Shown here piece after piece: positions 28,610 to 36,677 of a DNA stretch of 64,000 bases (the first letter of the stretch is position 1; every line of letters begins with the position of its first letter). The notes under the pieces are model-generated. The model made no database searches and was not told the DNA's origin. It saw only the letters and a program-made list of their open reading frames with translations. The position numbers and the translations under genes were made by a program. This DNA comes from a bacterium (GTDB lineage: Bacteria; Myxococcota_A; Bradymonadia; UBA7976; UBA1532): contig JAWKQS010000041.1 of NCBI GenBank assembly GCA_041389985.1, positions 2,074-66,073 on the forward strand, written 5' to 3'.

Positions 28610-29177
28610 TGGGTACTTCCTGCTGGTGGCCGCCTGCCTCCTGGGCTGCGGTGGGGGAGAGGCGGACTCGGGCAGCTGCTCGCCCGACGTCGAGTGCCCG
28701 CGCGGCGACACTGGCTGTGCGACTCTCACCCGCCAGCTGGGGTCTCGCACGGTCCCCATGCTCACCTACATCTGCGATCCCGGTACCTACGAGGTCGCTC
28801 AGGTGGGGCCGTTGACGCAGACTTTCAGCTGCCAGGCCACCTTCCGGCGCTTCGAGGGCTGCGAGCCTTCGGTGGTACGGCCAGCGCCGCTGACCTGGCG
28901 GACGACCTATGTCGACGACGTTGGGTGCTGGGCGACGATCGAGGGCGAGGCAGACGGCGAAGCCTTCCGATTCGTCGGCCAGGCGTGCAGTCAGGCGCCA
29001 GGCACCTTGTACCTCTGGGAGGCCTCTCCGGAGGAGTTCGAGCCACCTGCCGGGTGGGAGCGCGCCCGACTGTTCTACGACATCCCTGCGCCCGCCGGCG
29101 TGACGCCGCGGGTGTATGTCCCGCCGGACGCCGGGGTCCCCGCGCCGGCTCAGCCTCGACCCGACCCACTTCCCTGA
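28596..29177 (+). CDS. Cys-rich lipoprotein, tandem paralog 2
   Basis: Same signal/lipobox and the same conserved N-terminal, middle and C-terminal blocks as paralog 1. Two internal segments are divergent. Confidence 0.65.
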   Translation: MRHLDGYFLLVAACLLGCGGGEADSGSCSPDVECPRGDTGCATLTRQLGSRTVPMLTYICDPGTYEVAQVGPLTQTFSCQATFRRFEGCEPSVVRPAPLTWRTTYVDDVGCWATIEGEADGEAFRFVGQACSQAPGTLYLWEASPEEFEPPAGWERARLFYDIPAPAGVTPRVYVPPDAGVPAPAQPRPDPLP

Positions 29178-29261
29178 TACCGCCGGATGCGGGCGACGAA
29201 GCCCCGAGGAAGCTCGAAGGTACCCGACGCCGACGTCCACGGCCTCCGGGGGTAACGCGGA

Positions 29262-29425
29262 GCTAGAAAAAGCAGCGAAAACGCTGCGTTCTGTAGCACC
29301 GAAGGACCGAACGCGGCTGTCGACAGCCGGTTTTCGTACCTCGGAGGTACCGAAGCCGGTCGTCGACCGGCTGAAACGGTACCTTGAAGGTTCCGTTTCG
29401 GCCGGTTGGGGACCCCGGTTGGTAT
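29262..29425. other. hairpin-dense, lower-GC intergenic element (three degenerate ~40-43-nt units); function unknown
   Basis: Stems read directly: gcagcg-aaaa-cgctgc (29272-29287); ggctg-tcga-cagcc (29315-29328); ccggttttcgtacc-tcgga-ggtaccgaagccgg (29327-29359); ccggtcg-t-cgaccgg (29356-29370); gaaacggtacc-ttgaa-ggttccgtttc (29373-29399). Confidence 0.5.
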
Positions 29426-29589
29426 GTGGTTGCTACAAGCTGCAGCCTCGTCGACGGTCGGCGGTATGCTCGGGGTAGGTAGAGGGCATGACAAGAGGGT
29501 CCGGTGCTTCCGCTCGGTTGAGCTGCATTGACGTCGCCGGGCCGGGGTGCGACCGTCGACCAGCCCCCCCACCACCAGGAGCTTGTCTG

Positions 29590-30288
29590 ATGGCCCTCCC
29601 TGACTTCCGCCTGCTCTGGCTCGGCTACCCCCATGGCGCGTCCACCGAGGTGAAGGCGCGCCTCGGCGGGAAGCTGGCCTACGACTGGATCACCAACACC
29701 TGCACCATCCGCACGAGCCACGCCTTCAACATGGCGGGCGCGCCCATCCCCAAGAAGTACAACGGGTTGAACGTGATCCAGGCCCCGACGGGGCTGTACT
29801 ACGCCTACCGGGTGGCGGAGTTCCTGCGCTACATGCTGGCCGAGTACGGCGCGCCGGATCATGTGGAGGAGGGCGAGGCGGGGACCATCACGGCGGCGAA
29901 GTTCGCCGGGCAGCAGGGGGTCATCTGCTTCGAGGTGGCGTCGTGGAGCGACGCGACGGGGCACTTCGATCTGTGGAACGGGACGCAGACGGTGCACGGC
30001 GAGTACTTCGACCGGGCGCACAAGGTGAGCCTGTGGTCGGCGGCGACGACGTCGGAGCCCTTCGCGCTGCAGAAGGGCGTCGGCAAGGGGCAGCCCAACA
30101 AGAAGGCCGACGTGAAGGTGGTGCAGCGCTTGTTGAACTGCCACATGGCCGACGTGGGCCGGGTGGACGGGGACTGCGGGCCGCGGACCATCTACGCCAT
30201 CCAGAAGTTCCAGGAGTGGTACGACCTGCCGCCCAACGGCCAGGTCAGCCCGGACGGCGTGACGTTCCGGCGGCTGACCCAGGGGTGA
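29590..30288 (+). CDS. Tae4-family peptidoglycan amidase fused to a C-terminal PG_binding_1 domain
   Basis: NTCTIRTSHAFN (catalytic Cys block), YYAYRVAEFLRYM and GVICFEVASWSDATGHFDLWNG (His block) match Tae4 signature blocks as I recall them. The C-terminus VKVVQRLLN...VDGDCGPRTIYAIQKFQEWYDLPPNGQVSPDT is PG_binding_1-like. No signal peptide. Confidence 0.75.
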   Translation: MALPDFRLLWLGYPHGASTEVKARLGGKLAYDWITNTCTIRTSHAFNMAGAPIPKKYNGLNVIQAPTGLYYAYRVAEFLRYMLAEYGAPDHVEEGEAGTITAAKFAGQQGVICFEVASWSDATGHFDLWNGTQTVHGEYFDRAHKVSLWSAATTSEPFALQKGVGKGQPNKKADVKVVQRLLNCHMADVGRVDGDCGPRTIYAIQKFQEWYDLPPNGQVSPDGVTFRRLTQG

Positions 30289-30323
30289 AGCCCCGGGACT
30301 GACGGCCGGCCCCCGCGGCGACC

Positions 30324-32075
30324 CTACTCCACGCCGCGGAGCGTTAGCCGGCCGCCGGTCGGCACGCTGCCGGCGGCGGGGCTGAAGAAGATCCCCGAGG
30401 GACAAAGCGCGGTCGGCGTGAGCCGGTACTCGTCCGGTCGGAGGGTCCGCGCGGCGACCGGCTCGGCGCAGTCGGCGGCGTCGCAGGCGACGTCGACGCG
30501 CAGGCTGCGGCGGGCCGGGTCGGCCTGCTCGGCGGCCGTGGCGCAGCCGCGCAGGCCCTGGTCGTCCACGACGGCGCAGGCCGGGGCGACGTCGAGGCAG
30601 GTGCCGTACTCGAGCGCGGGCAGCGTCTCGACGGCCTGGGCCAGGGGCAGCGCATCCCGGCACAGGCCGCAGTCGAGGCGGGGGTCGCCGGGGGCGCAGC
30701 CGAGGGGGAAGCTGCGGGCCAGCTCCAGGTAGCGGTGGCCGGCGTAGGCCTCGCCGGCCGCGCCCTCGCAGGCCACCCAGGGGTCGCCCTGGCAGCGTCC
30801 GCCCGGGCAGCAGGCGTCCACGTCGCTCGGATCGAAGGCGGGATCGCCGGGGTCGCAGGTGGGCGCGGGCTGGCCCCGATCGAAGCGGACGGCCCGGCCG
30901 TCGGCGTCCCGCAGCTCGCCGCCGACGAAGGCCCAGATGGCGACGGCGCCCGGATCCCCTTTCAGATCAAGCAGGTGGTCGCGGAACGTCGCGACGGGCT
31001 CGAGCTGGTCGCGGTCGTACTCGCAGTTGGCGTTGGAGGTGCGGCTGATGGTGCACACGTCGCCGCCGCCGCCGCCGGGCTGGCAGGCGGGCACGGCGGT
31101 GGCGTCGGGGAAGGCCGCCGGGGCGGAGCAGTCGTCCTCGTCGCTCACGAAGACCACCACCAGGTCGGCCTCGGGCCGCAGGAAGTCGGGGGCGGGGCCG
31201 GCGGCGCAGGCGGCGGCGTCGTAGCGGCCGTCGACGCAGCAGCCCCCGAAGGCCGCCGCGTTGGGGCCATCGCAGGCCAGGGCGCGGTGCATGGCCCACA
31301 GGCCCGCCTCGAAGCCGTCGCCGCCGACGCCGACCAGCGCGAGGCACTTGAACCAGCCCTTCAAGGTGGTGCCGTCCACCTGGTCGCGCGCCCCGATGAT
31401 GGTGGGCAGGGCACGGCCGCCCAGGAAGTCGTCGCAGTCGGCGGTGTCGGGCGGCGCGTCCGTGTCGCAGTTGACGGCCATCTCGGGGGCGGTGGGCTCG
31501 GCGATGAAGCGGCCGCGGCGGCCGGCGGCGACGAGGTCGGTGGTGGTGACCGCGATGCGGGCGTCGACGGCCTGGACGTCGGGGACGATCTCGGCCATGG
31601 CGTTGGCCAGCCCGGCCTGCTCACCGCACATGGAGCCGGAGTCGTCGATGACGAAGAGCACGTCCACCGCGTGGGGGCCGGCCGGCGCGATGGTCTGCTC
31701 GAGGCGGCGGGCGCGGGCCACGCAGGCGCCAGCGTCGCAGGCGAGGCCGGCGCCGCAGTCGGCGTCCCGGGCGCAGCGGGCGAGGCAGACGCCGCCGACC
31801 CCCGCCGGCAGCACGGCGCAGGCGGCCTCGGCAGCGGGGGAGGCCGCGGTGGCGCAGAGGGCCGGCGCGCCGCCCGCGCAGGCCGCGTCCTCGGCGCAGG
31901 GGGCGGTGCAGACGCCGCAGACGCAGGCGCTGGCCTCGCCGCAGATCGCGTCGTCGTCGCAGGCCAGCAGCCAGTGGGTCTCGCTGCCCGCGCGGGGGCC
32001 CGTCGGCGTCACCGGGCGGTCGTTGCAGCCGCCCAGGGCCAGAAATGCGAGCATGATCAAGAGGTTGTGGCGCAT
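30324..32075 (-). CDS. Cys-rich lipoprotein with a vWA (MIDAS) domain
   Basis: ATG at 32075 (TGATG overlap with the upstream gene). MRHNLLIMLAFLALGGC lipobox, Cys-rich N-module, MIDAS DVLFVIDDSGSM, and many further cysteines. Confidence 0.75.
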   Translation of the reverse strand: MRHNLLIMLAFLALGGCNDRPVTPTGPRAGSETHWLLACDDDAICGEASACVCGVCTAPCAEDAACAGGAPALCATAASPAAEAACAVLPAGVGGVCLARCARDADCGAGLACDAGACVARARRLEQTIAPAGPHAVDVLFVIDDSGSMCGEQAGLANAMAEIVPDVQAVDARIAVTTTDLVAAGRRGRFIAEPTAPEMAVNCDTDAPPDTADCDDFLGGRALPTIIGARDQVDGTTLKGWFKCLALVGVGGDGFEAGLWAMHRALACDGPNAAAFGGCCVDGRYDAAACAAGPAPDFLRPEADLVVVFVSDEDDCSAPAAFPDATAVPACQPGGGGGDVCTISRTSNANCEYDRDQLEPVATFRDHLLDLKGDPGAVAIWAFVGGELRDADGRAVRFDRGQPAPTCDPGDPAFDPSDVDACCPGGRCQGDPWVACEGAAGEAYAGHRYLELARSFPLGCAPGDPRLDCGLCRDALPLAQAVETLPALEYGTCLDVAPACAVVDDQGLRGCATAAEQADPARRSLRVDVACDAADCAEPVAARTLRPDEYRLTPTALCPSGIFFSPAAGSVPTGGRLTLRGVE

Positions 32076-33064
32076 CAGGGGCGAGCCTCCAGGTCGTCGT
32101 CCTCCAGGACGGTCTGGCCCACGTAGACCAGGGTGCGGGTGGGTCCGCCCGGCGGCGGGGCGTCCGGGCAGGCCTCGACGCGCTCGCGCAGGGTGGACAG
32201 GCGCGCGCGCAGCTCGGCCAGCAGGCCCAGCACCTCGCCCTCGAGGGGGTGGCCGGGCCAGATGTCGAAGCCGTAGGTGCTGCCGCCGACGGCGTCGCGG
32301 AAGGCGGAGCGCGAGCGGCCCTGGCGCAGCTTCGTGCACAGCGCGGTGACCATGGCCTGGAAGTGATCGAAGACCGCGGCCTCGAACCCGACGGGGGAGC
32401 CGATGGGGATGACGCACTCGTCGCAGCGCCAGGCGTCGCCGTCGGCGCGGGGCTGGCGGCGGGCGCGGCCCTCGGCCTCCAGGTGGGCGAGGGCGCGGGC
32501 GAGGCGCTCGGGATCCAGCAGCGTGGCCTGGGCGAGCTGCTCGGCGGTGGCCGGCTGGTAGCGGTTGATGGCCACGAGGGCGAAGGCGGCGTCGGCCTCG
32601 CTGGGATCGCCGTCGGCGGCCTGATCGCCGGGGCCGGCGGCGCGGTACAGCGTCCGCTCGCCGCGGCCCGATCGGAAGAGCATGCCGCTCTCGACCAGGT
32701 CGTTGAGCACGCCGCGCACGAGGGCCTCGTCGTCGTAGCGGAAGCGGTGCAGCACCTTGGTGCGCTCGACCACCTGGTGCTCCTGCACGAAGGCCAGCAC
32801 CACCTCCCAGAGGGTGCGGCCGCGGTCGGTGGCGCTCTCGGAGAGGCGCTGGATGCGGGCGTGGTAGGTGCGCAGGGCCATGCCGAACATGTCGGCGATG
32901 ACCTTGCCCCCGACGCCCTGGGCCCGCAGCTCGGCCACCAGGTCCAGGAAGACCTGGTTGGCCACATGGGCGAGGGGCGCGCGCACCCCGGCGGCGGTGG
33001 CCAGGTGGGCGATGAGCACGGTGGTCTGGCGGACCACCGCGTCGATGAGGTGGGTGGCGTTCAT
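32075..33064 (-). CDS. hypothetical cytoplasmic protein with HTH and winged-helix-like segments (putative regulator)
   Basis: KVIADMFGMALRTYHARIQRL looks like an HTH. TLWEVVLAFVQEHQVVERTKVLHRF...LNDLVESGMLFRSGRGERTLYR looks like a wHTH. Translationally coupled to the vWA lipoprotein. Confidence 0.45.
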   Translation of the reverse strand: MNATHLIDAVVRQTTVLIAHLATAAGVRAPLAHVANQVFLDLVAELRAQGVGGKVIADMFGMALRTYHARIQRLSESATDRGRTLWEVVLAFVQEHQVVERTKVLHRFRYDDEALVRGVLNDLVESGMLFRSGRGERTLYRAAGPGDQAADGDPSEADAAFALVAINRYQPATAEQLAQATLLDPERLARALAHLEAEGRARRQPRADGDAWRCDECVIPIGSPVGFEAAVFDHFQAMVTALCTKLRQGRSRSAFRDAVGGSTYGFDIWPGHPLEGEVLGLLAELRARLSTLRERVEACPDAPPPGGPTRTLVYVGQTVLEDDDLEARP

Positions 33065-33238
33065 CGGCTCCTCCTGGGGCCAGACTAGTCGGCCGACGGC
33101 CCCGCTGGGAGTGCCCGCAGCCGCCGGGGCCGGGTGCAGGATCCTGCACCCGCAATCGGTCGCCCCCGGCCTTCTTCATCTACCTTCGGACCGCCCAAGC
33201 GGGCAGAATCCCCCGGCACCGACCGGGGAGAAGGACCC

Positions 33239-33637
33239 GTGGACCAGAAGGACCTCGAGTATTTTCGGCTGCTGCTGCTGTCGCGCCGCGAGGCCCTCAT
33301 GGACGCTCCGCCGCAGGTAGAGCCGCTCCGGGACGCCCCGAGCGACAAGGTCGATGAGGACTTGCAGCCGCTGGCCGAGATGAACCAGATGATCGCCTCG
33401 ACGCGCAACAAGGCGCGCCTGGGCTCCATCCGCCTCATCGAGGAGGCCATCGAGCGCATCGATGAGACCCCCGAGGAGTTCGGCCTGTGCCGGTCGTGCG
33501 AGGAGCCCATCGTGCGCCGCCGGCTGGAGCTGATGCCCTGGGTCACCCTCTGCGTGGACTGCCTCAGCCGTGAGGAGCAGGCCCAGGCCAACCGCGCCGC
33601 GGGGGGCCGCCGCCACCTCACGGACTACGACGAGTAG
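33239..33637 (+). CDS. DksA/TraR-family C4 zinc-finger protein
   Basis: GTG start preceded by GGGGAGAAGGA. Coiled-coil region followed by CRSCEEPI...CVDC (CxxC-N17-CxxC). Confidence 0.8.
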   Translation: MDQKDLEYFRLLLLSRREALMDAPPQVEPLRDAPSDKVDEDLQPLAEMNQMIASTRNKARLGSIRLIEEAIERIDETPEEFGLCRSCEEPIVRRRLELMPWVTLCVDCLSREEQAQANRAAGGRRHLTDYDE

Positions 33638-33690
33638 GCGGCCCGACGCAGCGGCCGTCCGGAAGTTCTGCTGGGAAATCAGGAGGTTGT

Positions 33691-34611
33691 ATGCGTCGTC
33701 TCGTGAGCCTTCTCGCGCTGCTGCCCGGCCTCGCCCAGGCCCAGGCCCCCACGGGCATCCGCGCCATCGACTGGGCGAACCGCACCTACGGCGAGGGCGA
33801 GCAGGCCATGAAGCTCGTCAACGGCGAGTGGGAGCGGACCCAGGAGGATGAGAGCTACACCGAGTCCATGCGCCTGGTGGGCGTCGCCTACGGGGACGTG
33901 AACAAGGACGGCGTCGAGGACGCGGTGGTGCACACGGCCTACAACGGGGGCGGCACCGGCACCTTCGACAGCGTGGACATCTACACCCCGGGCAAGGCCG
34001 GCCCGACGAAGAACGGCCAGCACCCCGGCGGGGACCGGGGCGACGGCGGGGTGGACGCGGTGAAGTTCGACGGCGGCGCGCTGCTGCTGACCCGGCGCGG
34101 CTCCCTGGCGGTGGACGGGGCGTGCTGCCCGTCGCTGACCATCCAGGAGCGCTGGACCTGGGCCCCCGGCGGGCCGGTGCTGGACGCCGAGGCCCAGCGC
34201 GTGAGCGTCGACGCGACGCCCTCGGGGGACTACGCCGCGCTGCGCAAGGCGGGCCTGGCGGCCCTGGCCACCGACGCCACCCAGGCGGCGGGGACGCTGC
34301 GCGACGCGCTCGCCCTGCACCCCACGGATGCCGTCGCGCTCCAGGAGCTGGGGCTGGCGCTCATGAAGAGCCGTGAGTGGGTGGCCGTGCCGGTGCTGTA
34401 CCACGCCCTCGCCATCTCGCCCGACAAGGCGAAGCCTTCGATCCTCTACAACCTGGGCATGGTGTGCATCGAGCTGGATCGGCCGGCCGACGCGGTGAAG
34501 GCGCTGGAGAAGTCCCTGGCGCTCCGGCCGGGCAACGCCCCCACCGAGGCCGCCCTGGCCCGGGCGAAGGCGAAGCTGGCGGCCGCGGGCAGCGGTCCCC
34601 CCAAGTACTGA
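33691..34611 (+). CDS. secreted protein with C-terminal TPR repeats
   Basis: Signal peptide MRRLVSLLALLPGLAQAQA, an FG-GAP-like GDVNKDGVEDAVV, and TPR-like helices in the last ~120 aa. Confidence 0.65.
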   Translation: MRRLVSLLALLPGLAQAQAPTGIRAIDWANRTYGEGEQAMKLVNGEWERTQEDESYTESMRLVGVAYGDVNKDGVEDAVVHTAYNGGGTGTFDSVDIYTPGKAGPTKNGQHPGGDRGDGGVDAVKFDGGALLLTRRGSLAVDGACCPSLTIQERWTWAPGGPVLDAEAQRVSVDATPSGDYAALRKAGLAALATDATQAAGTLRDALALHPTDAVALQELGLALMKSREWVAVPVLYHALAISPDKAKPSILYNLGMVCIELDRPADAVKALEKSLALRPGNAPTEAALARAKAKLAAAGSGPPKY

Positions 34612-34639
34612 AGAGACAGAGGGTTTCTCTGCGGCGGGC

Positions 34640-35946
34640 TCAGGGGGCGCAGGCCGCCTCGCCCAGGGCGGGTCCGCAGGTGGCCGCGTCGTCCGGCGTC
34701 GGCACCGCGGCGCACTGCCGCGCCCGGCAGGCCAGCTCCGGGGCGGCCAGCCGGCTCCCCTGGCGCAGGCAGGCCAGCCGGGCCACCACCTCATCGTCGC
34801 CATACAGGCCGTGGTAGCGGTCATGGCAGCTCGCCAGCAGGCACTCGCACAGCGCGACCACCTCGGCGGGGGCCTCGGCCGGCAGCCCGCCCGCGTCCGG
34901 GTGGGGGGGGCGCACGCCGGCGTCCTGCACCGGGGCCGGCGCGGGCGTGCAGGCCGCCCAGGCCTGGGCCCAGTCCAGGAAGTCCAGGTAGGCCGGGTCG
35001 TCCAGGCGCGGGAACTTGTCGCCGCCGCCGTGCTCCAGGCCGCCGACGCGGCGGGCGAGGGGCTTGAGCAGCAGGAGGGAGCGGGCCGGCTCGGCATGAT
35101 CGATGTAGCCCGCCGCGACGACGCGCCGCATCGTCTCGCGGGCCGAGGCCAGGTCGGGGCCGTCGCGCATCCACAGGGGCGCGCCGCGGGTGCCCGCCGT
35201 GATGCCGTCGTCGGCGTGGCAGTGCGTACAGCGGCCGTGCCAGCGCATCACCCGCACCTGGAACCGCAGGGCCAGGAGGGATCGTCGCAGGGTCGGCCCC
35301 GGGAGACCCAGGCGTCGGGCGGGCCAGCGTCCGCGGGGCCGGCGTCCAGCGAGCCGGCGTCCAGCGAGCCGGCGTCCCGCGAGCCGGCGTCCAGCGAGCC
35401 GGCGTCGGCCACCGCCGGGGTGGCGTCGAGGTTCGGGCCTCCGTCGGTGACCGCCGGCCGCGCCGCGTCCGCCGGCTGACCGGCGTCGCCGACCGGGGCG
35501 CCGCAGGGATCGGCGATCTGGCCGCAGGCGGTGGCCTGGCAGCGCGCGCTGTACTCGATCCACGCCAGGAAGCCGGCGCGCTCGGCGGCCGAGGCCTCGG
35601 CCGACGGGCCCCCACGCCCCCGATCGATCAGGCGCAGGATGTCGCTCTGGGCGGGGTGGTCCAGGTCGACGAGGCCCTTGTCCACCAGGCAGGCCATGCT
35701 GGCGCAGGGGGTGTCGCGTACAAAGCCAGTGAGATCAATGCCTTGCAGGTGGCAGGCGCCACAGCTCGCCGGGTGCTCGTCCTGGAGGAGCGGCTCGATG
35801 CGCTGGTGGTAGACGAAGGCGGCGGCCTCGCCGGTGCAGGCCGCCTCGGCGGGGGGCGGGCAGAGGTGCGCCGGGCACGGCTCGGCGGGGCCCCGGCCCA
35901 GGCAGCCGGCCAGCAGGAGAGCCCAGAGTCCGCCGACGAACCGCAT
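34640..35946 (-). pseudogene. lipoprotein with two CxxCH motifs (PSCyt/DUF1592-like), apparent frameshift near 35270-35295
   Basis: N-part (ORF 35248-35946): MRFVGGLWALLLAGC lipobox, SCGACHLQG, then xDAGS repeats. C-part (ORF 34640-35563 frame): VMRWHGRCTHCHADDG...LLLLKPL. The two parts are in different frames and overlap by 315 nt. Confidence 0.55.
35322..35410. repeat. 15-nt tandem repeat (about 5-6 copies) encoding LDAGS/PDAGP pentapeptides on the minus strand
   Basis: gccggcgtccagcga is repeated, read directly. Same peptide theme as the repeat at 5252-5327. Confidence 0.85.
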
Positions 35947-35950
35947 GTGC

Positions 35951-36553
35951 TCAGGCCGCCTTTGGTCGCTTCCGCCACCACTTGAAGTAGAGGACGAGCG
36001 CCGCCACGATGACCGCCGCGCCGCCCAGGACCCAGTGCTGGGCCCCCTTCATGACCTCGACCACGGTCTCCCAGTTCTCACCGAACTTCCAGCCCAGCCA
36101 GATCCAGACGGGCACCGAGACCAGCGCCGCCAGGAAGTCGAGCAGGACGAAGCGGCCCACCGGGAAGCGCACGGTCCCGGCCGTCAGGTACACCGCCGCG
36201 CGGATGCCGGCCACGAAGCGGCCGAAGAACACCGCCCAGCTCCCATACTTGTCGAACCAGCCGGTCGCCTTCGCGCGCCGCTCCGGGGTGAGCAGCTTCG
36301 CCAGCCGGCCCTTCCCCTCCGACGCCGTGCCGATGCGGCGGCCGATGTAGTACAGGCAGGTGTCCCCGATCAGGATGAAGACCATGCTGATCGCGAAGTG
36401 GATGTAGACATTGATCTTTCCGGCACCGGCCATGGCGCCGCCGAAGATCAGGGGGATGTCCTCGGGGATGGGAAAGCCCAGGCCCGCCGCGAAGAGCGAC
36501 AGGGCGACACCGAAGTAGGTGAACTGGTCGAGGTAGGCGGTCAACCACTCCAA
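35951..36553 (-). CDS. DedA/SNARE-associated family membrane protein
   Basis: FPIPEDIPLIFGGAMAG and the GRFVAGIRA motif typical of DedA. 4-nt gap to the downstream CxxCH lipoprotein gene. Confidence 0.85.
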   Translation of the reverse strand: MEWLTAYLDQFTYFGVALSLFAAGLGFPIPEDIPLIFGGAMAGAGKINVYIHFAISMVFILIGDTCLYYIGRRIGTASEGKGRLAKLLTPERRAKATGWFDKYGSWAVFFGRFVAGIRAAVYLTAGTVRFPVGRFVLLDFLAALVSVPVWIWLGWKFGENWETVVEVMKGAQHWVLGGAAVIVAALVLYFKWWRKRPKAA

Positions 36554-36677
36554 CGGGCGGGTCCTTTCTGCCGGTGCGGGGAGGTTCTTTCATCGATGGC
36601 GGGGTGGGCGCAACCGATTCGCACCCGGGATCGCTTTGAGGCCGGGGCCGCCTGGCCACCACGGGCCCCGACGAGGC

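Larger units (their letters stand above)
27903..29195. repeat. tandem duplication: 633-bp unit, 639-bp unit, plus about 20 bp of a third unit
   Basis: The anchor TGATGCCGCCGGATGTGGGC occurs at 27903 and 28536, with a degenerate TGATACCGCCGGATGCGGGC at 29175. The first ~120 nt of units 1 and 2 are almost identical. Confidence 0.9.

Noticed and set aside
27903-29195. Possible CRISPR-like or other short-repeat array
   Set aside because: The repeat units are 633-639 bp and encode full lipoprotein genes. There is no short repeat/spacer organisation and no cas genes in the window.
27039-29240. 733-aa minus-strand ORF with an internal repeat across the tandem duplication
   Set aside because: Antisense to the protease and lipoprotein paralogs. 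The repeat is just the reverse complement of the 633-bp duplication.
29590-33064. T6SS gene cluster adjoining the Tae4-like gene
   Set aside because: No TssA-M, Hcp, VgrG or PAAR-like products are recognisable anywhere in the 64 kb. The effector idea rests only on the Tae4-like domain itself.
30324-33179. 951-aa minus-strand ORF suggesting one giant protein
   Set aside because: Its N-terminal ~367 codons are an out-of-frame overlap with gene 32075-33064. A clean ATG plus lipobox at 32075 defines the real 583-aa vWA lipoprotein.
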